DNA of 64,000 nucleotides. It comes from a virus. Its lineage: Duplodnaviria > Caudoviricetes. The position numbers and the translations under genes were made by a program. The first letter of the stretch is position 1. Each line of letters opens with the position of its first letter. The stretch lies in the IMG/VR virus record IMGVR_UViG_3300013121_000046, one strand, 5' to 3'. This document shows, piece after piece, positions 47,255-55,995 of this stretch. The notes beneath the pieces are model-generated. The model saw only the letters and a list, made by a program, of their open reading frames with translations. It had not been told where the DNA came from and ran no database searches.

Positions 47255-47271
47255 GGAAGTATCTCTCTTTG

Positions 47272-48288
47272 TTAGTAAGCATAAACATACGTACTGCCAA
47301 TCCGGGTCAATCTGCCCGACCGCAATTCCTCCGTGTTCACAACATGACTCAGCCCCGACTCTTGCCGCTGTTTGGGGGTCATTCCTTGATATGCTGGAAG
47401 GTTCTCGCTGAACACAATCCGAGTATTGTATCGCCCCTGATGCACCACTACTACTTCTCGGCTATCCGTATCCCCCTCCTGAAACTCTTTAGGGACCTGA
47501 ACAAAAAAAGTCCGCTGCTGTTTTTTCACGGGCTTAACCCGAGCCGGCCGCTTAAACTGGTCAGTCAAGCCTCGATAGATATCCTGGAGGCCCGGGTTTG
47601 CAGCCATAAACCGGGTAAAGGAAATTTTCAAGTGATTCAGCAAAACTCGGACTGAACCCCTCTCCCAGGGGACTCGACTCATCGGAGGGACTTCAGCAGC
47701 AACCAATTCTTCCGCCAACTCAGCTACCGAAACCCCAGAGAGCAAAAGGTCAAGGGCACTAGCCATAGCCCGGCCGTGAGCCTGAGACAGGAGGTATCGA
47801 CGAAATTTTGGGGTAAAATCGGTATCAAACAACTTTTCGGATAGCGAAACATCCGGTACATCCAAAGTATTGCTTTTTGCATACGACTCTGCCCCAGAAC
47901 CATCCCCTGCATCCTGCTGTTGCAGCAGATACAGTTTCCGATCCTTCTTCGCCTGCATAGCTCGCAGACTTATCGCTCGCTGAATTACCCGATGGAAGAA
48001 GAACAGATCGAACGGTACCCCCCTCTGGGGGTCATACTGATCGAAAATGGACGTTTCGCCCAGAAACAAACGGACACACAAATCCTGAAGCAAATCTCCG
48101 GGAGGCAATGTAGTCTTCGAGCTTTTCAAATGATACCTGAGCCCCTTCCCCCAGTCAATATCCGGAGAAGAACAGAACGATAACAGGGACCTACCCCCCA
48201 AATAGGGCCGAGGCGCTTTCACCTGTGCAGATATCCACTCCCCAATGTCCTGAAATTGTTTTGCATCAATGGGCTGAAACTGCAACAT
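47272..48288 (-). CDS. Sigma70-like factor
   Basis: Region 2-like DLLQDLCVRLF...QYDPQRGVPFDLFF; HTH-like LLLSGVSVAELAEEL. Confidence 0.65.
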   Translation of the reverse strand: MLQFQPIDAKQFQDIGEWISAQVKAPRPYLGGRSLLSFCSSPDIDWGKGLRYHLKSSKTTLPPGDLLQDLCVRLFLGETSIFDQYDPQRGVPFDLFFFHRVIQRAISLRAMQAKKDRKLYLLQQQDAGDGSGAESYAKSNTLDVPDVSLSEKLFDTDFTPKFRRYLLSQAHGRAMASALDLLLSGVSVAELAEELVAAEVPPMSRVPWERGSVRVLLNHLKISFTRFMAANPGLQDIYRGLTDQFKRPARVKPVKKQQRTFFVQVPKEFQEGDTDSREVVVVHQGRYNTRIVFSENLPAYQGMTPKQRQESGLSHVVNTEELRSGRLTRIGSTYVYAY

Positions 48289-48340
48289 CCGAATCTCCCT
48301 TACTCAGAACTAGCACTGTCCTATATGTGCCGCCCTAATA

Positions 48341-48369
48341 ATAATACCATAATCGGTTTTTGCTGTCAA
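48341..48369 (-). promoter_or_regulatory. Consensus host sigma70 promoter
   Basis: TTGACA-N17-TATTAT with TGn extension. Confidence 0.8.
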
Positions 48370-48437
48370 TATCCTTTTCTAAAACTATTCCGAAACCAAA
48401 AAACTCCAATAGCCTTCTGTATACCCTAAAAAACGCA

Positions 48438-49058
48438 TCATTCGGACAGAATTCCAGATATCAGGCACAATTGGGACCAATTTTCATAGCTTTCAATATC
48501 CCCCATATGGGTGGATATTGACGCAAATTCCGGCTCACACATCTCTACCTCCAAAGGGCAGACTTCGGGAGAATCCAATTCCACCAAATGCACAATTCCC
48601 AGATGTACCTTTCCAACCAGGGTCGAATCTTCATTGACCAGACCGACCACCTTTACTCGATAGGGGACTTGAATTGACACTTCCTCGAATAGTTCTCTCT
48701 GTAGCCCGGCATAATAACTGGCTGCGGATGGGATTTCGCCATCCTTTCTTGATACGTGCCCTCCTATACCAAGACTTCTCTTGAAGTGCAAACGGGATTC
48801 TTGTCCCGCTACCCCCCTTCGATACCGGAATACAGTTGAATTTCCTGCGGTGTCTCGGGAAAACAAAATCAAATATGGTATGAGTTGTTTGAAATTGGGG
48901 TCTTGTTCTACCAATTCTCGACGCAAATAGGTTAACTCGGAGGTCTCCAGTAGAGCCGGAAAATATTTATCTACTTCAGAAGTGAACCCTTGAAAACTGC
49001 CCAGGGCAGTAAAAACCGAACTTGGGACAACTAAAACTTCCTCACTTAGATCACCCAT
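48438..49058 (-). CDS. COG4112-type NUDIX-family phosphoesterase
   Basis: EQDPNFKQLIPY, ESRLH...SLGIGGH, RELFEEV, VGKVHLG, YENWSQ. Confidence 0.85.
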   Translation of the reverse strand: MGDLSEEVLVVPSSVFTALGSFQGFTSEVDKYFPALLETSELTYLRRELVEQDPNFKQLIPYLILFSRDTAGNSTVFRYRRGVAGQESRLHFKRSLGIGGHVSRKDGEIPSAASYYAGLQRELFEEVSIQVPYRVKVVGLVNEDSTLVGKVHLGIVHLVELDSPEVCPLEVEMCEPEFASISTHMGDIESYENWSQLCLISGILSE

Positions 49059-49068
49059 GATTAACTCA

Positions 49069-50241
49069 CTATAAAGTTATGGTACACTGTGGGATTCGCC
49101 AGTTTGGCTCTCGCTTAGAGGACACGCATTTCCACGGAGGGGGTGGAACAACTTCTTCTGGAAAGGTGGTCTGATACCAAGTATTCCAAGTCTTGGTAAG
49201 GAACGTAATCTGCTCACTCACTACCCAAGTTGGGAGACCCAACTCCGCAGAAATTTCAAATACTTTTTGAGGACATTCCATTAAATAATAGTACAAATCT
49301 AACAAAGACTTGTATGAAGATTTACATTTAGTCACCCGATTTGGGCCAAGGTTCTTTGTCAGAGTGCTTGGCCACAATACTCGGTGATCCTGAAGATAGA
49401 TTGAGTACTGCAAAAAACTTTCACCTGTCGTTCTTGCATTTTCTATCTTACCATTCCGCACAAATCTAACCATATCTGAGGATACCCACTCAACTGAATT
49501 ATTCAACACCAAAGTTTCTGTTCCATCCAATAATTGAATCGGCAACCAGTACTTCTTAGGTAGTGTTTTTAGCGGAACAATTTTTTCCTCCGTTAGAGAA
49601 TATCTAGAGATTCCGGGGGGTAAAAGGGTAATTTGATAGGGCGGAATAGAGAATTTTTTACCTGCTCCCTTAGCTAGTATCTGCCTAAGATGCTCCGGAA
49701 ATCGCTGAAGAATCTCATCTAGTTGTTGTAAAACCCAAGGTGGCACTTGTCCCGAATCTACCAAGTGTCTCTGTATCCCTCTAGAATTATGGAGAGAAAC
49801 CATATCCGCCGAGTATCGGGAAGTTCCGGATCTATGACTAGTTAGCCATCGCCAAGTAGCAGTGTAGACATAGGTATTCCATCCAGCCTTAAGGGGATTA
49901 AACTTATCCATACACCGGGACTTAAGCCACTTTAGTAACAATGTCTGTACATAATCTTCAATATCTTGCGGTGAGCACCCCATCTTAGTTAGAAGAGCCG
50001 ATACATACTTACGAGTATTTTCCTCTGCCCAAATGGCATCTCCCTTTGTATACTGCTCCCAATTTATATCTACTCTATGTAAACAAGCCCGGATCGCTGA
50101 ATCTGACGAAATATCATCTATACCAAACTTCTTTACCACAGTAAAGAATCTTTCGGATGTTTGTTCATACGTATCCGGGAAAGCCTGTTTCGCTATAGTT
50201 TTAACTCTAGAAATAAACTCTAAATCCATGTCATCCTCCAT
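49069..50241 (-). CDS. Second sigma70-like factor with large central insertion
   Basis: DIEDYVQ...DKFNPLKAGWNTYVY; C-terminal EISAELGLP..VV HTH. Confidence 0.6.
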   Translation of the reverse strand: MEDDMDLEFISRVKTIAKQAFPDTYEQTSERFFTVVKKFGIDDISSDSAIRACLHRVDINWEQYTKGDAIWAEENTRKYVSALLTKMGCSPQDIEDYVQTLLLKWLKSRCMDKFNPLKAGWNTYVYTATWRWLTSHRSGTSRYSADMVSLHNSRGIQRHLVDSGQVPPWVLQQLDEILQRFPEHLRQILAKGAGKKFSIPPYQITLLPPGISRYSLTEEKIVPLKTLPKKYWLPIQLLDGTETLVLNNSVEWVSSDMVRFVRNGKIENARTTGESFLQYSIYLQDHRVLWPSTLTKNLGPNRVTKCKSSYKSLLDLYYYLMECPQKVFEISAELGLPTWVVSEQITFLTKTWNTWYQTTFPEEVVPPPPWKCVSSKREPNWRIPQCTITL

Positions 50242-50255
50242 GCAATAGAATGAAA

Positions 50256-51512
50256 CTATCCAATTGCTACTCCGGGGATATCGAGAAGCTTAACCTGTTT
50301 TCTCAATCTCCCCGGTGAAACTTTTCGAGGCAACCTTTCCCTTTGTGGTTGATTCAGATACTCCAGGTAGAGGGGGATATTCAGTTGACCTGGAACTTCT
50401 GAGGATATGAGTACCGCTTTTTGCAACTTACCCCATTGTTCAGCAGTAAGTGGAGACCGAACAATCAAAAGAATTTCAGATACATCACTAGGTTGTTTCA
50501 CAACCTTAATTTTGTCCTCCGAAGTCACTGGTTCCGAACATACATCCGGAAAATATTCTTTTTTGAAGTCTTCTAGGCTAACTAACTCACCCCAGTTATC
50601 TCCAACTTCTATATCTGTCTCTATCGGTACATCCCAGTTTTTTTGGTTGTTGGGAAAGGTCATTAACTCAGAAAGCTTCTGACAATTATCTACGAACTTA
50701 TCATCCAAGTGAATCTCAAAAACCAATTCATCATGGACATTCAACAAAAGCTTAACTTGTACGTCGGGATTAGTTAAGAGCCATTCTTGTATCCGACACA
50801 TCGCAATTTTTAGGATATCAGCGCTGGTCCCCTGGATAGGAGAGTTGCTGGCTGAATTAGATAGATAACTCTCCCAACGATTCCGTTCTTTTTGTGTTTG
50901 TGCCTTCTGTATCTCTCGTATAATATGTCCGACATTCCGTACCCGACCATAGAAAGTTGTAACTCGGCCCTCGTTTTTAGCTCGCATGGTTTGAAGATCA
51001 AACCATCTGCGATAGGCCGGGAGATTTTCCCACCAGGTAGAATGGAGAGCGACTGCTTCTGGTAAAGTTAGGTCGCTTTGTCGGTATAGGGTACGAGCGG
51101 TACCCCCGTAAAGATTGCCGAAATTGGCTGCTTTGGCCGCATCTCGTTGTTCTTTGGTGGGCTTATCTGTCTTGTAGGCCACCTTTGCCATTTCGGAATG
51201 TAGGTCTCGCCCTTCTCTAAAAGCTGCTATCCAAACTTGTTCCTGTGATAACTGGGCGGCTACTCGAAGCTCGATGGCCTTATAGTCAATCGAAACTATC
51301 TTCCAGCCAGGTCGAGACCGAAAGGCTCGTCGAATATTAGTTCCAGGACCAATTTTTAGACTTGCTTCTTCCCAAGAACAAGCCTTTACCCACTTACATT
51401 TTTCACAGGAACTTCTAAAACAGTATGTAATGCCACCCTCTCGCCAAAATTGCCCTAATTCCATTACGGCCGGGACATAGCCGGGGGTACCTATTGGTGG
51501 TAATTCAGGCAC
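50256..51512 (-). CDS. DNA polymerase A, C-terminal subunit (palm/fingers)
   Basis: IRRAF, DYKAIELR, RDAAKAANFGNLYG, NSPIQGTSAD, VHDELVFE. Confidence 0.92.
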   Translation of the reverse strand: MPELPPIGTPGYVPAVMELGQFWREGGITYCFRSSCEKCKWVKACSWEEASLKIGPGTNIRRAFRSRPGWKIVSIDYKAIELRVAAQLSQEQVWIAAFREGRDLHSEMAKVAYKTDKPTKEQRDAAKAANFGNLYGGTARTLYRQSDLTLPEAVALHSTWWENLPAYRRWFDLQTMRAKNEGRVTTFYGRVRNVGHIIREIQKAQTQKERNRWESYLSNSASNSPIQGTSADILKIAMCRIQEWLLTNPDVQVKLLLNVHDELVFEIHLDDKFVDNCQKLSELMTFPNNQKNWDVPIETDIEVGDNWGELVSLEDFKKEYFPDVCSEPVTSEDKIKVVKQPSDVSEILLIVRSPLTAEQWGKLQKAVLISSEVPGQLNIPLYLEYLNQPQRERLPRKVSPGRLRKQVKLLDIPGVAIG

Positions 51513-52080
51513 GACGATAACTTCTCCAAATCTCTAAATCCATTTCTGCGGGAGATAAGTTACTGTTAGCGATATGGGATAAAAAAACACGCTCCAATTC
51601 TAGGTATCGTTTCCCCGTCGGGGTGTTCTTCGGAGCAGATATGCCCAGACTATTGATATACTTCAAAATGTGCGTATCCAACACCGCGAAATGCTGATTT
51701 TTTCTTGAGTGCAAAATAAATGCCCGAGAAGTCTTTGGCCCTATACCATAAATTGCCTCTAACTCAACAACTGAACAAGTCTGTAAGTCAATTCCTGAGT
51801 TAGATATATCTAAAAAGGTTTTTGCCTTTGCCCGAGAGCAACCCATACCTGCCCACTTTAATCGAACAGCAATCTCTTCATGAGAGAAGTCTTTTATCTG
51901 TAAAAAAGGGCTGTCCGCCTTAGGCAGATGCTCTAAAAATTCCTCCACTACTCTGGCGGCTAATTTTGCTGTTTTTCCAGCGGCACAAATCCAAAACAGT
52001 ATCGTCTTCTCTAATTCTGGAACACTTTGATTAAACTGAGTAATATTATCCGGATCAATCCTAGGCATACTTAACCTCAT
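51505..52080 (-). CDS. HhH-superfamily DNA glycosylase/AP lyase (OGG2-like)
   Basis: GIGPKT (Lys), VLDTHI (Asp), YLELE, DLEIW. Confidence 0.75.
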   Translation of the reverse strand: MRLSMPRIDPDNITQFNQSVPELEKTILFWICAAGKTAKLAARVVEEFLEHLPKADSPFLQIKDFSHEEIAVRLKWAGMGCSRAKAKTFLDISNSGIDLQTCSVVELEAIYGIGPKTSRAFILHSRKNQHFAVLDTHILKYINSLGISAPKNTPTGKRYLELERVFLSHIANSNLSPAEMDLEIWRSYRRA

Positions 52081-53324
52081 TCGTGATTCAATTCTGCTGG
52101 GGGTACCTTAATCTTTCTGCACTTTGCTAAACGGTATTTAGAGGCCGATGGAATAGATTGAACGTTCATCGCGGTATAGAATTCTCCTTTAGAACCACCA
52201 CCGGAGGAGAGTCGGCCTGTCGGGGCTCCCACAGAGGAGAACTTAAAGTGAGCATATGGATCGTCATCTGTAGTAGACTCTAATAATCTTCCGACGTAGG
52301 TAGATCTCTCTTTACACAGTTTTCTATATAACACAATCTTAGCCGCTATCGGACTAACCTCTGCCAATATCTCTAACTCAGCCTCACCTAAGTTAGGATT
52401 ACCTTTTTCTGTTTTAGAGAAGGCTATACCATTTTCAGTAAAATACTTAGCCAATTGCTTACTACTCAGCAAATTGAAAGGTCCCCCGGCTGCCTCATAC
52501 ACTTCCTTCTCCACCTGACAGATCAGACGCTCTAAGGTCTTATCCGCCTCACGAAGAATAGTCCTGTCCATCAATACACCAGATTCCTCCATGCTCAAAA
52601 GACTCTCGATAAGATTGTGCTCTACCTGACAAATCAAAGCCTGTTCTGCCTCAACTTTTTCTTCCGTAGCTCGATATACCTTGATAGTCATCACTGGGTC
52701 AGCCGCCGCATACAAAGTAGCCTGTTCAGGATCTGTATAAGAAAAGTCTATCTCACCCCGCATCTTTTTATCTCTAGCTGCTCCAGGTACCTCTCGAATA
52801 TCCAACATCTGTAACTCTGGATGAAACCACTGAATTGCTGATTTCAGGCCCACCTTTTCTACCTTCTCGTTGCTATTCCATAACCAAGCATAGACTAAAG
52901 CATCCCTCAGTATTGAGTATGAAGCCCGTCTATTCACTCCACACTGCCTTAAAAACCTACCCTCAAACTTATAGTTATACACCAACAAAATTCTAGGCGG
53001 AGCTATCACCTCCTGTATGATTTTCCAAACAATATCTGGATCAAGATTCTGCTCTGGCTTGACTTTGTGTCTTACTGGACAATAGACCCCTTCATCCGAA
53101 GAAAAAGCCAAGCAGTGCCCTACAACATCTTGCTCTTTTGGATCTAGATTTGTAGTCTCAATGTCCCATGAGACCAGATTTTGAGTTCTATTAGCCTCAA
53201 CATAGTCTCGTAACTCTTGTATGGAGCCTATCTGTCGAAGTCGAATTTGACTCATCCAAGGCTTCCAAAGAGGGCTATCCTGATATGCTATTCGAGTTTC
53301 CAAGGAGGCTGTATCTGTGGGCAT
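52077..53324 (-). CDS. DNA polymerase A, N-terminal subunit (3'-5' exonuclease + thumb)
   Basis: WDIETT, YNYKFE, YAAAD, FNLLSSKQL, KTEKG, TGRLSS, NVQSIP. Confidence 0.9.
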   Translation of the reverse strand: MPTDTASLETRIAYQDSPLWKPWMSQIRLRQIGSIQELRDYVEANRTQNLVSWDIETTNLDPKEQDVVGHCLAFSSDEGVYCPVRHKVKPEQNLDPDIVWKIIQEVIAPPRILLVYNYKFEGRFLRQCGVNRRASYSILRDALVYAWLWNSNEKVEKVGLKSAIQWFHPELQMLDIREVPGAARDKKMRGEIDFSYTDPEQATLYAAADPVMTIKVYRATEEKVEAEQALICQVEHNLIESLLSMEESGVLMDRTILREADKTLERLICQVEKEVYEAAGGPFNLLSSKQLAKYFTENGIAFSKTEKGNPNLGEAELEILAEVSPIAAKIVLYRKLCKERSTYVGRLLESTTDDDPYAHFKFSSVGAPTGRLSSGGGSKGEFYTAMNVQSIPSASKYRLAKCRKIKVPPAELNHE

Positions 53325-53334
53325 AGCAGACTAC

Positions 53335-53775
53335 TTAATTGAAAGAGAAGGGCATGTATATACGATTATAGTTCAAATTACCCCGAGAGAAATCCATAAT
53401 AATACCCATAATCTCCTTAGGAGTTGAACCCTGGAATAATTCCGGGTTCGCAACACTTGGGAGAAGACACCCCAGACTGAACCGATAAATGTCCAGTACC
53501 GATTCTAGGGTGACCCGAGTACACAAAACAGAACGAATATTCTGGGTGCCTAAAGAAACCCAGATTTTATGTCTCTCGTTGATATCCTGTTCCCAGGAAC
53601 GCTTAAGGGAATCATAAACCCCCCCATCAACTACCCCATGAGGTTTACAGTGTGCCCAGCAACCCCACCAATGTATACTAGCAGTTGACTGTAATCTATG
53701 TCCAGCTTTTTCGTATTTAAGATACTGGAAAAGCCACGACACTACCATCTTTTTTACTTCGTAAGTAGCGGACAT
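53335..53775 (-). CDS. Hypothetical protein
   Basis: ORF between primase Zn finger and pol; CxxC. Confidence 0.5.
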   Translation of the reverse strand: MSATYEVKKMVVSWLFQYLKYEKAGHRLQSTASIHWWGCWAHCKPHGVVDGGVYDSLKRSWEQDINERHKIWVSLGTQNIRSVLCTRVTLESVLDIYRFSLGCLLPSVANPELFQGSTPKEIMGIIMDFSRGNLNYNRIYMPFSFN

Positions 53776-54325
53776 TCTGTAAGTCCCTTTTCAAAGCATC
53801 CACAAAAGCTGTGTAACCTCTTTTCTGATCCTCCTTAGGGATTGAAAGCAATAGCTCCAAAAGGCCATCTACTTTTTTAGCCCAACTGGAATAGGTATCC
53901 AATGAGACTTTTCCGCGAAACTCTTTTAGTTCTTTTTCTGCCATAAGAAAAAAAGTATGGCTTATCGTAGCTATTTCAGGAACAGTTGCTCCAGAAATAG
54001 CTAGTTGAACTGCTTCTGCTGATGGTGGCCATCTCTGAAGAAGTCTTGCAGCCACCTCTCCCGCAGAACCACCCCAATGCGCCTCAGCAATTTCTACTGG
54101 ACGATACTGTTTTCCGCAGAAAAAACAAAAGACAAAATTGTCTGCATACACTCTAGCAGAAGGGTGTGACTCTGTTCCAGGACCACGATCTCCGTGTACC
54201 GGGCATTTAATTTGACAAGGGAATCTTCCCTGATGGAATATGCCCAGAAGGGAAAGAAGTTCTAGAATAGGTACAGTAGCATTGGCGACTACTACGTCCT
54301 GCCATTCCCGTTTTGATTGTAGCAT
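53717..54325 (-). CDS. Stand-alone CHC2 primase zinc-binding domain protein
   Basis: CPVH...ESHPS..VY...FCFFCG; no TOPRIM. Confidence 0.8.
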   Translation of the reverse strand: MLQSKREWQDVVVANATVPILELLSLLGIFHQGRFPCQIKCPVHGDRGPGTESHPSARVYADNFVFCFFCGKQYRPVEIAEAHWGGSAGEVAARLLQRWPPSAEAVQLAISGATVPEIATISHTFFLMAEKELKEFRGKVSLDTYSSWAKKVDGLLELLLSIPKEDQKRGYTAFVDALKRDLQNVRYLRSKKDGSVVAFPVS

Positions 54326-54531
54326 GTCTTATTTCTACTCTCAATGGGGTCTTCCGGGTGAATCTTTCTATAAACTTCCCCACGATGAATATCAATATCT
54401 CTGCGTGCAGCAAAACCCAACTTAACTCCATCCTGATCGTACCCTAGGATTTTCATTACCACCTTATCTGGACCAGACCCAATAACCACAGTATCAGTGG
54501 CTTCCCTCGCATCTCTGTGTAAGATCAACAC
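54292..54531 (-). CDS. csrA: Carbon storage regulator CsrA/RsmA homologue
   Basis: MLILHR...VVIG...VKLGFAARRDIDIHRGEVY. Confidence 0.85.
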   Translation of the reverse strand: MLILHRDAREATDTVVIGSGPDKVVMKILGYDQDGVKLGFAARRDIDIHRGEVYRKIHPEDPIESRNKTCYNQNGNGRT

Positions 54532-54545
54532 GGTATTTTCCCATA

Positions 54546-55985
54546 CTAGATAGACAGAAGATTAGACAACTCATCACTATCAATTCCCCGTAGCTCATTA
54601 ATTAGGCGATGCTCTTTTGAGTAGAAAACTTTGAAAGGCAAAATAAGCTTAGAATCACGCGACTTAATGTGGGTAATCAAAGATTCTCTCTGCTGCTCCA
54701 TCGCAGAATCCTGGTACATAGCGAAAATTACATCGCTAGACCTTTCTGCTTCATTAGCGTCTGCCAAAGCCAAGGCCGTGTACACTCCCCCCGTTTCCTG
54801 AGCTTCTTTGTGACCTTGGCGATTAATCTGATGTGGGCTAACCACTAAAACCCCAGAACCTCTATCAAAATCCGTTGCCATTACCTTCGCAGCAACGATA
54901 TTTCTGTTTATTGCTTCATTGCGACTGGCGTGTTTCTGGCCTGGATCAGGAGCTACTAACCCCAAGTAATCAATCAAAACCATGTCTAGAGGGAACTGTT
55001 GGTTAATAGCCTCCGCCTTTGCTCGAATATGGGCCATCGTAGTCCCATTTTCTGAGGGTGTTTCTAGATGAATATGCCCATGATCGCCACTTCTGAGATC
55101 CTCCAAGACCTCCTGTAAAAACTGATCCTCATCTTCTGGAGAAGCAATCGCACCAGACTTAATCTCATCATATTTAATGGGAACAGTCCGACCGAATTTT
55201 GGGTGTGCTGAGTGGATACAGGCTAACATTCTCCAAACTGCATCCTCTTTCATCTCGAAAGTGTAGATAAAAATATTAAATTTACCGTCAACTGCGGCAT
55301 TCTTAGCCCAATTTAGGCACCAGGTAGACTTTCCTACTGAGGTAAAGCCGGCCACCAACCATAGTTCTTTAGCCTGCCCCCCTCTGGTGGTTTCATCAAT
55401 GGGCCCAATCCCAGTTGTTACTCCATAAGACAAATGTGGATTGCTTTTCTTTAATAAATAATCCTCATAGAGAGCTTGCATACCCTCCTGCATTGAGGAC
55501 AGTCGTTTGTTTGGGCTCTTTCGTTCTTGAATTCGATTACAGCCAGAAAGCAGATGCCCAATTGCGTCTCCTAACCCACGGCTAACCTTCCCCTTCTCAG
55601 TACGGCCCTCTGTAAGTACCTGGTGTGCTTCTGTCAGCAGGGTCCGTAGCTCTTCTCCACCAGCCCGCTCTCGCCACTGATCTACCAAGGCGGTAAAGTT
55701 GGGTCCCCAAAGGGGTATAACATTTTTCAATCCCTCCAAAAAAACCAGCAACTCTACCTGCGATTCCGGTATCCCTAAAACTAACGAAGCTATAGTTGGA
55801 GCCCCACCTTGATTCAAATAAAAATCTGATACCACTTTAACTGCTAGCCCGGAAATGCCCCCGAATCTGAGAGAGTTTAATTGAACCTTACCAAAATTAT
55901 CTAAAGCGGTACTGCTTTCGTTAGCAGATTCGGCACAAAAGGACCGCAGAATCTGCATTTCCATCTCTGCTAAAGTCACCGACAC
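54546..55985 (-). CDS. dnaB: DnaB-like replicative helicase
   Basis: AGFTSVGKST, FEM, IDYLGL, HQINR, ERSSD, KSRD. Confidence 0.88.
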   Translation of the reverse strand: MSVTLAEMEMQILRSFCAESANESSTALDNFGKVQLNSLRFGGISGLAVKVVSDFYLNQGGAPTIASLVLGIPESQVELLVFLEGLKNVIPLWGPNFTALVDQWRERAGGEELRTLLTEAHQVLTEGRTEKGKVSRGLGDAIGHLLSGCNRIQERKSPNKRLSSMQEGMQALYEDYLLKKSNPHLSYGVTTGIGPIDETTRGGQAKELWLVAGFTSVGKSTWCLNWAKNAAVDGKFNIFIYTFEMKEDAVWRMLACIHSAHPKFGRTVPIKYDEIKSGAIASPEDEDQFLQEVLEDLRSGDHGHIHLETPSENGTTMAHIRAKAEAINQQFPLDMVLIDYLGLVAPDPGQKHASRNEAINRNIVAAKVMATDFDRGSGVLVVSPHQINRQGHKEAQETGGVYTALALADANEAERSSDVIFAMYQDSAMEQQRESLITHIKSRDSKLILPFKVFYSKEHRLINELRGIDSDELSNLLSI

Positions 55986-55995
55986 ACCTCCCTGT

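Noticed and set aside
51505-52080. Group I intron or split intein interrupting polA
   Set aside because: The intervening ORF overlaps both pol halves, leaving no ribozyme space; it is an HhH glycosylase, not a homing nuclease; no intein motifs at the junctions
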